64,000 bases of DNA. Source: an uncultured Clostridia bacterium. GTDB lineage: Bacteria > Bacillota > Clostridia > Christensenellales > UBA1242. Below the pieces are notes generated by a model. That model was not told the DNA's origin, made no database searches, and saw only the letters and a list, made by a program, of their open reading frames with translations. The position numbers were made by a program, and so were the translations under genes. The stretch is taken from assembly GCA_946496065.1 (NCBI GenBank), contig CAMMFF010000004.1:7450-71449 (forward strand). Reading direction: 5' to 3'. Below are positions 17,620-27,823 of the stretch, one piece after another; position 1 is the first letter of the stretch, and every line of letters begins with the position of its first letter.

Positions 17620-17884
17620 AATTTAAAATTTTAATAATTTTTTTTGCTCTTTTGGCAGGAATTGGAGAAACTTGTTCTGAGACATGTTTGTCAATTCTGA
17701 TCACATATGCCTCCATCTTTTGTTCATCTCTTCCAGCTGGAACCAAAACCCTGTCACCCGGTTTCAAATTCTCAAAAGTGGAGATATACCAATAAATTTC
17801 ACCACTGTCAAATCTAACTTTGGCAAAATCGTAATATTTTTTCTCTCGAATAACTCCACCAGATAAAGAATGTATCATTTTCAA
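17618..17884 (-). CDS. Hypothetical small protein (88 aa)
   Basis: Has its own promoter and an AGAGG RBS. Beta-rich then basic C-terminus. No family recognised. Confidence 0.55.
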   Translation of the reverse strand: MKMIHSLSGGVIREKKYYDFAKVRFDSGEIYWYISTFENLKPGDRVLVPAGRDEQKMEAYVIRIDKHVSEQVSPIPAKRAKKIIKILN

Positions 17885-17899
17885 GTTACCTCTGTTTTC

Positions 17900-17929
17900 A
17901 TTGTATCACAAAAAACAAAACCAAGTCAA
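17900..17929 (-). promoter_or_regulatory. Promoter of the 88-aa gene
   Basis: TTGACT (17929-17924), 18 nt spacer, then TGa-TACAAT (17908-17900). Confidence 0.55.
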
Positions 17930-17936
17930 CCTTGAC

Positions 17937-20342
17937 CTAGGACTTTAATTTTTGTTTAACATCATAAAACCCTGCCCAAGGATCTTTTTTCTTCAACCTA
18001 TCAACTGCAGAAAAAATGTCAAAATCAGTTGGAGTAACACTGTCAAGTTCTTTCCAAAAAATTGGCATGGACACCTTGGCACCTTTTCTCGCTCTCAAAG
18101 AATATGGGGCAACACTTGTAGCACCTCGCCCATTTCGCACCCAGTCGATAAAAATTTTACCCTTTCGACTGTCTTTTCTTATGTTGCTTGTATATCGCTC
18201 TGGCCACTTGTTTTCCATGGCAACAGAAACTTTCTCAGCAAAGTCATGGAAGCTGTCCCAAGAAACACATGGTTGAAAGGGAACAACAACATGATATCCC
18301 TTCCCTCCACTTGTCTTAAGAAAAGATTTGAGAGACAATTCATCCAAGATTTTCTTCAAATCCTTCACACCTTGCCTTATATCATCAATTTTCAATTTTT
18401 CATCTGGGTCCAAATCAAAGACCATCATATCCGGTTGTTCCAATGCTTCAACTTTGCTTCCCCAAACATGAAATTCCACAGTTCCAAGTTGAACTTCCCC
18501 AATCAGCCCTTTGACATTTTGGATATAAAAATAATCCGAACTTTCCCCTTCATCATTTTTGATTGCAACAATTTTTTCTCCGTCAATTTGTGTGTTTGGA
18601 TGTTTCTTGAAAAAGCATTCGCTGTCAACTCCATCATGACACCGAACAACACTCAAAACTCTTCCCGAAACATACTGTAACATTCTGCTTGCAACTTTTT
18701 CATAATATCTTGCAACATCAATCTTTTTCACCTTGCAATCATCAAAAATAAGTTTGTCCGGATTGGAAATTTCCACTCCGGCAACAACATTATCTTTCAC
18801 TCTAAGATTTTGTTTGCCTTCCTTCTTTAAAGCAATTTCCCTTTCCAAAACAACTTCTTTTGCATTCTTGTCCGTTCTAACTCCCTTAAAACTCGCCTGC
18901 CTCAAATGCCCGTCTTTTGTAAATTCTGCAAAATCCGAAACAACAACAATCTCAGGCTCAATCCAAAAAATCTCATCATCGCCCTGCATCACTTTTCTAT
19001 CAAAAGGACATTTTCCAATTTGTTTAAATTTTTTTAATAACTCTTTTGCATCACTTTCTCTAATTCCTGTCCCAACTTTTCCGCAATATAAAAACTTGCC
19101 ACTTTTAAAATAGCCAACAAGCAACGCACTTATTCCATTTTTATTTTTGTTTGTTCTGCTGAAACCGCCAACCACAAACTCTTGTTCTCTGCGACACTTG
19201 ATCTTGATCCAATCTTCATTTCTCTCGCACTTATAGAAAGAATTTGTTTTCTTTCCAACAATTCCTTCCATTCCAAGTTTTCTAACTGCTTCAAAGCACT
19301 CTTCACCATTTCCAACAACATGTTGACTGAAACATAAACTTTCAGAAGAGCTGCTCAAAAGTTCTTTCAACTTTTTCTTTCTTTCAATCAAAGGCACATT
19401 TCTCAAATCTTCTCCGTCAAGAGCAAGCAAATCAAAAATCATATAAACCAAATTTTGACTTTCTCCTGTTTTGACAAAATTCTGTAAAGATTGGAAATTA
19501 CTTTTCCCCTTCTCATCAACCGCAATCATCTCTCCGTCCAAAACAGCGGCTCTTTCTCCAAAAAGGTTTTTCATCTCAAGTGCAATTTGAGAAAACTTTT
19601 TTGTGTAATCTCTGCCATTTCTAGAAACAAGTCTAACCTTCCCCTGTTCAACAAAACTGACAATTCGATATCCGTCATACTTAACTTCAAACAGCCAGTC
19701 TTTTCCTTTTGGAATTGTCATGCATAGTGAAGCAAGTTGAACCTTGACACTTTCAAAAGGATTGGTCTTTTTTGACAAATCTTCTTGAGCAACAATTTCT
19801 TCCGAAGTCCTGCCAGTTTTCACACTTGTCACAAAATCATCAATTCCAGTTTCATTTTTTGCATAATCATCTTTTTCTTTTAAGAGCAACCAGTTGTTTT
19901 CTTTCTCATTCTGTTTCTTAAGTCTAACCAAAGCCCAACGACCTTTCAATCGTTTTCCATGAAGAATAAGTTTCAAAGAGCCGTCCTTTAATCCTTTGCC
20001 AAAATCATCTTGCTCTTCCCACCAACCAAAATCCCAAAGCAGAACAGATCCACCGCCATATTCTCCTTTTGGAATCACTCCTTCAAAATCGGCATAATCA
20101 ATCGGATGGTCTTCGGTTTGGACAGCAAGACGATTGTCCTTTGGATTGAAAGATGGTCCCTTTGGAACTGCCCAACTCAAAAGAACTCCGTCCCATTCAA
20201 GCCGAAAATCATAGTGTTCTTTTCTCGCACGATGAAACTGAACGGTAAAGATTTTTCTTTTACGTTTGTTTCTAACCTTGCCAACAGGTTCATTTGTCTT
20301 ATCAAAATTTCTTTTTTGATTATATTTATCTAAATTTCTCAC
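17937..20342 (-). CDS. ligD: DNA ligase D, three-domain form (3'-phosphoesterase + ATP-dependent ligase + polymerase/primase)
   Basis: 801 aa in three parts. PE domain: FTVQFHRARKEHYDFRLEWDGVLLSWAVPKGPS. Ligase motif I: EVKYDGYR. Pol domain: MVFDLDPD and TSGGKGYHV. GTG start. Confidence 0.92.
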   Translation of the reverse strand: MRNLDKYNQKRNFDKTNEPVGKVRNKRKRKIFTVQFHRARKEHYDFRLEWDGVLLSWAVPKGPSFNPKDNRLAVQTEDHPIDYADFEGVIPKGEYGGGSVLLWDFGWWEEQDDFGKGLKDGSLKLILHGKRLKGRWALVRLKKQNEKENNWLLLKEKDDYAKNETGIDDFVTSVKTGRTSEEIVAQEDLSKKTNPFESVKVQLASLCMTIPKGKDWLFEVKYDGYRIVSFVEQGKVRLVSRNGRDYTKKFSQIALEMKNLFGERAAVLDGEMIAVDEKGKSNFQSLQNFVKTGESQNLVYMIFDLLALDGEDLRNVPLIERKKKLKELLSSSSESLCFSQHVVGNGEECFEAVRKLGMEGIVGKKTNSFYKCERNEDWIKIKCRREQEFVVGGFSRTNKNKNGISALLVGYFKSGKFLYCGKVGTGIRESDAKELLKKFKQIGKCPFDRKVMQGDDEIFWIEPEIVVVSDFAEFTKDGHLRQASFKGVRTDKNAKEVVLEREIALKKEGKQNLRVKDNVVAGVEISNPDKLIFDDCKVKKIDVARYYEKVASRMLQYVSGRVLSVVRCHDGVDSECFFKKHPNTQIDGEKIVAIKNDEGESSDYFYIQNVKGLIGEVQLGTVEFHVWGSKVEALEQPDMMVFDLDPDEKLKIDDIRQGVKDLKKILDELSLKSFLKTSGGKGYHVVVPFQPCVSWDSFHDFAEKVSVAMENKWPERYTSNIRKDSRKGKIFIDWVRNGRGATSVAPYSLRARKGAKVSMPIFWKELDSVTPTDFDIFSAVDRLKKKDPWAGFYDVKQKLKS

Positions 20343-20425
20343 TACTCAATTATTAACAAATTTTCTGCAATAATAATTAAAAAGATAAAAAATAAAAGCA
20401 AACAAAATTGTCTACTTAAGAAATT

Positions 20426-20515
20426 TGGCGCAGAGGAAGAGATTCGAACTCTTGGTGCAATTTCTCGCACACAGCCTTTCCAGGGCTGCACCTTAAACCA
20501 CTCGGACACCTCTGC
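20426..20515 (-). tRNA. tRNA-Ser (anticodon GGA)
   Basis: The reverse complement folds as a class II cloverleaf. Acceptor GCAGAGG/CCTCTGC, anticodon loop CTGGAAA, long variable arm, T-loop GTTCGAATC, and encoded CCA. Confidence 0.93.
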
Positions 20516-20574
20516 AAATTGGTTTAATTTTTCAAATTTGATATTTTTGTGCAATTTTTCTTGCAACTGCAGAA

Positions 20575-20603
20575 ATTTTATCATAATAAAAAGAAAAAAT
20601 CAA
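20575..20603 (-). promoter_or_regulatory. Promoter of tRNA-Ser
   Basis: TTGATT (20603-20598), 17 nt spacer, then TGa-TAAAAT (20583-20575), about 60 nt upstream of the tRNA 5' end. Confidence 0.6.
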
Positions 20604-20625
20604 CTAGTTTAAACCAGTCGATTTT
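20592..20625 (-). terminator. Intrinsic terminator after mnmA
   Basis: Minus-strand hairpin atcgactgg/ctagttgat (two G-U pairs) followed by a U-run. It overlaps the tRNA promoter -35. Confidence 0.6.
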
Positions 20626-20650
20626 TATTTTTGTCATCAAAAGTGAAAAA

Positions 20651-22341
<1,691 letters not shown>

Positions 22342-22347
22342 AGAAGC

Positions 22348-22376
22348 ATTTTAGAATAAAAGCCATAAAAAGTCAA
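22348..22376 (-). promoter_or_regulatory. Promoter placing the TSS on the ATG at 22341 (leaderless candidate)
   Basis: TTGACT (22376-22371), 17 nt spacer, TAAAAT (22353-22348), then 6 nt (gcttct) and the ATG. No SD. Confidence 0.6.
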
Positions 22377-22423
22377 GCAAAGTCAAAACATGAACATTGC
22401 CAACGCAAAAGAAAAAGACCAAA

Positions 22424-23839
22424 TTAATGGTCTTTCAATTTTTCTGATGCTTTATTGAAATACACAAAAGAAGGTTTATCATCAGGAACTTGCTTCAAAA
22501 TGGCAGAAAAGATCTCTTTCGCCTCTTCGTAATTCTTTTCGTTATATGCTCGCACCCCAGCTTCAAATTTGTTCTTGAGTTTTTTCAATTTTTCTTTCTT
22601 GCTTTTTGGATAATAATCCAAACTCTCAAACAGCGAAATCTGAACATCATCATTAAGTGAAAGCGAACCAGTATAGCGATAGTTAAAATCAAAATTTTGA
22701 GGCAGTTCATTCAAAGATTGTTTGGAAATCAAAAGTTTAGTTCCTATATAGATGTTGATTTCTTCCATTTTGGATGCAAGATTTATAACATCGGAAATAA
22801 TTGTTGGACTTTTTCTGTCCTCATCTCCAACGATTCCAAAAATGATCTCGCCTGTGTTGATTGAAATGCGAGCATCAATTGCAGGAAGTTCTTTTTGACT
22901 TTTATTTTTAACTTCAATCGCTCTCAAAATCGCGTGAGCACATTCAATTGCATTTTGAGGTTTTGAAAACACCGCCAAAACACCATCTCCCAAATATTTA
23001 TCAATAAATCCACCATATCTTTTGATCAAAGGTGCAACAACTTTAAGATAAGAATTGATATAGTTGAAATTCTCTTCCAAACTCAATGTTCTTGAAATGT
23101 TGGTCGAACTTTTCAAATCACAAAAAAGAGTGGTCGCGTTCTTTTTAACTTGATTTCCAAGTTCCAATTCCTCCACACTGCTTTTCCCAAGAAATTTGAA
23201 AAATTGCTTAGGAATAAACTTTTGCGTTTCCAAATTGGTTTGTTTAAGTTTGTTTTCTTTTTCCTTGTAATTGTAATTTATTTTGTTGAGTGAATGTTCA
23301 ATTTCCTTAAATTGTTTGCCACCACCAATTTTGAAATTGTCATTTTTCATTCTCCCATCGCCCAATTTTTGCGTCGCGTGTTCAACTTTTGACAACGGCC
23401 TGCAAGAAAACAGGACAATTAAGAAAACCAAAATCAAATAAATCAAAGTGGCAAGTCCTGCCCAAAGAAAGTTGTTGTAAGAATTTTCTTGTGATTGAAT
23501 GTTCAGTGTTGCTCTTATTGATTCAGCAGTGATGCCAGTCATGTTTTTTACTGCAGTGATATAAACCATGAAAACACCATAAACCAAGGTCAAAGGTGCA
23601 AGCGAAAAGAAAATCATGTTCGACAACCTTTGCGTTTTCAAAAATCTTATAAACAAAATAGTGAAAAAGACATTAAACAGAATCTGAAGAGCGAGTGAAA
23701 CCCAAGCAAGAGGCGTGAAATTAAATTCAAAGCCATTTCCCGTTGGAACGATTGCCTCCAAAAGATATTTTGTCATAAACAAATTCGGTATAAACAAAAT
23801 AATTGTCAAAACAATCAAAATTTTTGTTGAAGTTCTCAT
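22424..23839 (-). CDS. Membrane-bound class III nucleotidyl (adenylate/guanylate) cyclase with HAMP-like linker and TPR-like C-terminus
   Basis: Multi-TM N-terminus and a cyclase homology domain (TTLFCDLKSST..., IDKYLGDGVLAVF, ISINTGEIIFGIVG, VINLASKME). Start set to the ATG at 23839; the track start at 23926 is TTG. Confidence 0.8.
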   Translation of the reverse strand: MRTSTKILIVLTIILFIPNLFMTKYLLEAIVPTGNGFEFNFTPLAWVSLALQILFNVFFTILFIRFLKTQRLSNMIFFSLAPLTLVYGVFMVYITAVKNMTGITAESIRATLNIQSQENSYNNFLWAGLATLIYLILVFLIVLFSCRPLSKVEHATQKLGDGRMKNDNFKIGGGKQFKEIEHSLNKINYNYKEKENKLKQTNLETQKFIPKQFFKFLGKSSVEELELGNQVKKNATTLFCDLKSSTNISRTLSLEENFNYINSYLKVVAPLIKRYGGFIDKYLGDGVLAVFSKPQNAIECAHAILRAIEVKNKSQKELPAIDARISINTGEIIFGIVGDEDRKSPTIISDVINLASKMEEINIYIGTKLLISKQSLNELPQNFDFNYRYTGSLSLNDDVQISLFESLDYYPKSKKEKLKKLKNKFEAGVRAYNEKNYEEAKEIFSAILKQVPDDKPSFVYFNKASEKLKDH

Positions 23840-23950
23840 GCGCTTATTGTGAGAAAGAAAAAACTTTGTATTCACAAAAAAATCAAAAATGTTGCAAAGA
23901 TTGTCATAATTTGTCAAAAACAACAAACAATAGTTTCAAGGAGAAAAACA

Positions 23951-24400
23951 ATGGAAGAAAAAGAAAAAATCACAAAATATCTCAACGCCATCTATCAAAA
24001 CACAAGAACCGCAATTCAATCAATTGAAGACATAATTGACAAAAGTGTTGACAATGACCTTGTAAGTGAATTGTCAAAAGAGCAAGACGAATATAATTGT
24101 CTTGCAAAGGAATGTGAAAACTTTGCAAAAGCCGAAAAAATTGAAGGTTTGAAAGACAACAACTGGATTGAAAAAGCAAAACTTTGGACAAGTGTAAACA
24201 TGGGCACAATGATGGATAAGAGCACAAGAAACATTGCCGAATTGGTTTTGATTGGAACATTCATGGGCATAATAACTTGCATTAAAGACAAAGAGGACCA
24301 CAAAAACACTTCTGAAGAACTTGATGAAATAATAGAAAAACTCTACGAATTTGAAAGAAAAAATATAGATAGATTGTTGCCATATTTAAAAAATAATTAA
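23951..24400 (+). CDS. Hypothetical all-helical protein (about 149 aa)
   Basis: AAGGAG RBS before the ATG at 23951; the track start at 23849 lacks an RBS. Predicted helical bundle. Divergent from the cyclase gene. Confidence 0.6.
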   Translation: MEEKEKITKYLNAIYQNTRTAIQSIEDIIDKSVDNDLVSELSKEQDEYNCLAKECENFAKAEKIEGLKDNNWIEKAKLWTSVNMGTMMDKSTRNIAELVLIGTFMGIITCIKDKEDHKNTSEELDEIIEKLYEFERKNIDRLLPYLKNN

Positions 24401-24431
24401 AAATTAATAAAAAGTATCAAAAAATTATAAT

Positions 24432-24467
24432 AAAATATATAAAAATTAATTTTTTATATATTTTTTT
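24432..24467. terminator. AT-only bidirectional terminator hairpin
   Basis: Perfect 11-bp stem atatataaaaa/tttttatatat (24435-24445 / 24451-24461), flanked by A- and T-runs, between convergent genes. Confidence 0.5.
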
Positions 24468-24582
24468 AATTTTCTAGTGATAATAAACTACAAATATAGA
24501 CAATAAATGCAAAGATGCCCAAAATATCGCACAAAAAAACTTCTGTAAAAATCAAATAAAAAAGATAAATGACAATTTTTCC

Positions 24583-25425
24583 TTAATTTTTTTCAATTTT
24601 TTTTAATAAATCACTAATTTTTGCTTCATATGAATATTTTTTTGATAAAATAATAACCATTTTTTCGCTTAAATTCACAATTTTTCCATTATCTAAAATC
24701 AAACAAAAAACATTTGTTTTTGTGGTTTGAATTTTTTGAATAAGTTCACCCACTGTGACATCAGGATACACACAACAAATGACAGGTTTGACAAAATTTT
24801 TAGTCTGTTTGCAAAAGATATTAACTTTTTCATATTTGCTAACAAAATTCAAATCTATCACCCCCACAAACAAAAAACAAGAAAACAACATATACGTTGG
24901 ATTGAAATTTATAAAAAGAAAAATGAAAAACAACAGCAAAAAGAAAACGGCAAGCAAAAAGTTAAACACGATTGTGATTTTTTGTGCAATCTTAACATTG
25001 AAAAAGTGTGATGCACAATCAATAAAAATTCTTCCACCGTCCAACGGATATGCAGGAAGCAAATTGAACATAGCAATAACAAAACTAACAACCACAAATG
25101 ACTCAGTGAAAAAATATGTCGATGGGAAAAGCCACCACATCGCCAAAACTAGAAATGCCGAAACAAAGTTTGCCAATGGTCCAGCAAAAGCGATTTTCAG
25201 TTCATCTCTAAAATCAATGTTTTGATTGTGATAAGACAGTGAAAATCCATAAGGTGAAATTGAAAATTTGGTTAACACATAACCCAAATTTTTTGCCATA
25301 ACAAAATGCCCAAATTCATGAATGACAATGGCAAGGACATAACTCAAAGCTGGCAAAATTCCCAAAACAAGACAAAGCCACAACCAAATAATCAAACTGA
25401 AAGGGTGGATAGAAAATTTTTTCAT
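24583..25425 (-). CDS. spoIVFB: M50 site-2 metalloprotease, SpoIVFB-like (C-terminal CBS-like domain)
   Basis: HEFGH in a TM helix and NLLPAYPLDGGR. Collinear with B. subtilis SpoIVFB (SIHPFSLII... versus HVHPFLWII...). Start set to the ATG at 25425 (MKKFS...). Confidence 0.8.
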   Translation of the reverse strand: MKKFSIHPFSLIIWLWLCLVLGILPALSYVLAIVIHEFGHFVMAKNLGYVLTKFSISPYGFSLSYHNQNIDFRDELKIAFAGPLANFVSAFLVLAMWWLFPSTYFFTESFVVVSFVIAMFNLLPAYPLDGGRIFIDCASHFFNVKIAQKITIVFNFLLAVFFLLLFFIFLFINFNPTYMLFSCFLFVGVIDLNFVSKYEKVNIFCKQTKNFVKPVICCVYPDVTVGELIQKIQTTKTNVFCLILDNGKIVNLSEKMVIILSKKYSYEAKISDLLKKIEKN

Positions 25426-25565
25426 AACAACCAACCAACACAAACAGCACATACGATGACAGTGACAATGCAACAAAACAACGTTCCAAACAAAAATTTG
25501 TTTGAAACTTTATGCTTTGGTTTAACCATGTTGTAATTGTCGCCGTACGATTTTTGCTTGTCCAT
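25422..25565 (-). CDS. Candidate 47-aa tail-anchored membrane peptide coupled to the SpoIVFB-like gene
   Basis: Hand translation gives MDKQKSYGDNYNMVKPKHKVSNKFLFGTLFCCIVTVIVCAVCVGWLL. Its TGA overlaps the protease ATG (ATGA at 25422-25425). No clear SD. Confidence 0.3.
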   Translation of the reverse strand: MDKQKSYGDNYNMVKPKHKVSNKFLFGTLFCCIVTVIVCAVCVGWLL

Positions 25566-25597
25566 GGAATAATATATGCACAAAAATCAACATATAG

Positions 25598-25624
25598 ACA
25601 AAAAAAGAAGGTTCTTCACCTTCT
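25598..25624 (-). terminator. Intrinsic terminator after scpB
   Basis: Minus-strand hairpin agaaggt-gaaga-accttct followed by a run of 7 U. Confidence 0.7.
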
Positions 25625-25627
25625 AAG

Positions 25628-26296
25628 TTATGCAATATTGTCATCACCCTGAACAGACTGAACACCCTCTTCATCTTTCAAGAAATCTGGAATCTCTTCA
25701 TCTGGCAAAGGAAATTCATTATAAAGGCTGTCACTCTTAGGCTGATCTTCACCCTCTTCAATGACTTTGATTCTCTCAAGCAAACCATCGTAATCAGGCA
25801 AGTCTGCCAAGTCTCTCAAATTAAATCTCTTCAAGAAATTTTCTGTTGTTCCAAAGAGCAATGGTTTTCCAACAGCATCTTTTCTTCCGACAACTTCAAT
25901 CATGTTTTGGTCAACCAAAATCTGAACAGCATAATCACAGTTAACACGTCTAATGTCTTCAATTTCAAGTTTTGTGATTGGTTGTTTGTAAGCAATGATT
26001 GCCAATGTTTCAAGTGCTGCTCTGGTCAATGATTTTTCTCTGATTGGATTCAAAACTTCACTGATGTAATCAGCATAAGCAGGATTTGAAGAAAGTTGAA
26101 TTTTGTTTTTAAATTTGATGATATGAATGCCATTGTCACCAGAATAGGTTTCTTCCAATTCTGCAACAACTTTATCAAGTTCTTTTTCTGTCAAATTCAA
26201 TTTTTCAGCAATGAAAGATTTTTCAATTCCCTCTCCTGCCACAAAAAGAATTGACAAAACAATATCTTTAAGATTTTTCTTGTTTTCAACAATCAT
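25628..26296 (-). CDS. scpB: Segregation and condensation protein B
   Basis: The N-terminus (IVLSILFVAGEGI) and winged-helix repeats are typical of ScpB. The ATG at 26296 has GAGGTG 4 nt upstream and sits 1 nt after the scpA stop. Confidence 0.92.
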   Translation of the reverse strand: MIVENKKNLKDIVLSILFVAGEGIEKSFIAEKLNLTEKELDKVVAELEETYSGDNGIHIIKFKNKIQLSSNPAYADYISEVLNPIREKSLTRAALETLAIIAYKQPITKLEIEDIRRVNCDYAVQILVDQNMIEVVGRKDAVGKPLLFGTTENFLKRFNLRDLADLPDYDGLLERIKVIEEGEDQPKSDSLYNEFPLPDEEIPDFLKDEEGVQSVQGDDNIA

Positions 26297-26297
26297 A

Positions 26298-27077
26298 TCA
26301 CACCTCATTTGCAGTTATGACAATATTCCCAAATGTTCCACTTTGAATAACCTTGACGGTTTGCAACTTCAAAAGTTCCAAAAGAGCCAGGAAAGTGTTG
26401 ATCAATTCACTCTTGGTCATATCATTGTCAAACAATTCTTCAAATTCAAAACGTTTGCGTTCCTTTGCAAAATTTCTGATGGAAATAATCTTTTCTGCAA
26501 CAGTAAATCTGTCCTTAACAATTTTCTTTGGTTGTTCATTTTCAACCGCTTTTTTAAGTTCTTCACGAGTCAAAACCTTTGCAAAAGCATCAAGCAGTTG
26601 ATCAAGCACCATATCTTTGATGATGACCTTAACTTTCTCAGTTTCCTTACCAGGAGCCCTATAAAATTTGTTGACATCCTCAATTGCTTTCAACTCTTTT
26701 CCTGTTTCCTTGAAAAGTTCATATTCACGCAATCTTCTCAAAAGCAACGCCTCATCATCTTCCTCTTCTGGCACAGGTTCTTGTTCCACAGGAAGGACAC
26801 TCTTAGATTTGATTTCAATTAGAGTGGCTGCTACAGTGATAAACTCACTCGCCTTGTCCATGTCAACATTCTTAATGTCCTGCATATATTCCAAATATTG
26901 CTCAGTGATGTCAGCAAGTTTGACAGTTGCAATATCAAGTTTTGCTTCCTTAATCAAGTGGAGAAGAAGGTCCAAAGGTCCCTCAAAATTGTCCAACTTA
27001 AATCTGTAAGCGTCAGAAGATAAAAGCATATCTTTGCTTTCTTCAACTTGTTCAACTTTTTCTTCTGAAGCTTCCAT
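26298..27077 (-). CDS. scpA: Segregation and condensation protein A (kleisin)
   Basis: 259 aa with FEGPLDLLLHLI, typical of ScpA. AGGAG RBS. Confidence 0.93.
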   Translation of the reverse strand: MEASEEKVEQVEESKDMLLSSDAYRFKLDNFEGPLDLLLHLIKEAKLDIATVKLADITEQYLEYMQDIKNVDMDKASEFITVAATLIEIKSKSVLPVEQEPVPEEEDDEALLLRRLREYELFKETGKELKAIEDVNKFYRAPGKETEKVKVIIKDMVLDQLLDAFAKVLTREELKKAVENEQPKKIVKDRFTVAEKIISIRNFAKERKRFEFEELFDNDMTKSELINTFLALLELLKLQTVKVIQSGTFGNIVITANEV

Positions 27078-27103
27078 ATCATCTCCTATGTTTCGACTTA
27101 AAT

Positions 27104-27132
27104 ATTATACTAAATATTGAGTCTAATAGCAA
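27104..27132 (-). promoter_or_regulatory. Promoter of scpAB
   Basis: TTGCTA (27132-27127), 17 nt spacer, TATAAT (27109-27104). Confidence 0.65.
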
Positions 27133-27154
27133 GTAAAACACAAGAGTTTGACAA

Positions 27155-27180
27155 TAAAAAAGAGAAGTTTACCTTCTCTT
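27155..27180 (-). terminator. Intrinsic terminator after the 27185..27799 gene
   Basis: Minus-strand hairpin agagaag-gtaaa-cttctct followed by a U-run. Confidence 0.65.
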
Positions 27181-27184
27181 TAGA

Positions 27185-27799
27185 CTATTTAATTTTATTT
27201 TCTTCTTTTGTTTGATATGGACTGTTGTTCTGCTGAGCAATTTTTTCTATTCGTTCTCTATAAAAAATTTTCCTTTCATGCATTCTGTAAGTTTCTCTCA
27301 TAGAAGCATCTTCCAGCTCACACATAACACGAACAGCACCAACATCTTTGCTATTTTCTTTTAATTGTTTTTCGATACGCTTTTTGCTGAGGAAGTCATG
27401 CATTCCAAATAATTCTTTTTTGATTTGTTTGTTTGCAAAAAAGTCGTGACATTGAATGTGTTCCAACAACTCAGGATTTCTAGCAACTCTTGCAATAAAC
27501 AATCTCAACCTTTCTGACTCTTCTGGATAAATACTGCAAACATATTGTCCATCATCTGTCATCAAATTGTAATTGTCTTGAAGATCTCTCAAAACAACAA
27601 ATCCAGAAACATCTTTTGGTCTGTTGTATCCAATATAGATATTTTCATCAATTTTTCTGCCTGTATCTTTGTTAAACAACTCAAAAGTTTCAATTCCAAC
27701 TTCATCATCATACACTTCAAAATTTGCATGATATTGTCTCAATTCAACTTTTCCTAAATCAATAACACGTCCATCCTCAATAGGTCTAATTTCAATCAT
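27185..27799 (-). CDS. Hypothetical protein (204 aa), no family recognised
   Basis: Monocistronic unit with its own consensus promoter, AGGAG RBS and terminator. Soluble, beta-rich N-terminal half and helical K/E/R-rich C-terminal half. Confidence 0.65.
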   Translation of the reverse strand: MIEIRPIEDGRVIDLGKVELRQYHANFEVYDDEVGIETFELFNKDTGRKIDENIYIGYNRPKDVSGFVVLRDLQDNYNLMTDDGQYVCSIYPEESERLRLFIARVARNPELLEHIQCHDFFANKQIKKELFGMHDFLSKKRIEKQLKENSKDVGAVRVMCELEDASMRETYRMHERKIFYRERIEKIAQQNNSPYQTKEENKIK

Positions 27800-27823
27800 T
27801 TTTTCTTTACTCCTAACAATAAT

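Noticed and set aside
17885-20425. A genomic islet integrated at the tRNA-Ser 3' end (ligD, the 88-aa ORF and the HDG/IUNH pair).
   Set aside because: There is no integrase or recombinase, and I found no direct repeat of the tRNA 3' end at a distal boundary by eye. Composition looks like the rest of the window. The idea is kept only as a check under the LigD finding.
24468-24582. An AT-rich 115-nt tail after the SpoIVFB-like gene containing a 14-codon ORF (MPKISHKKTSVKIK).
   Set aside because: There is no RBS or promoter, the length is trivial, and it lies between convergent genes next to a terminator. It is most likely non-coding spacer.
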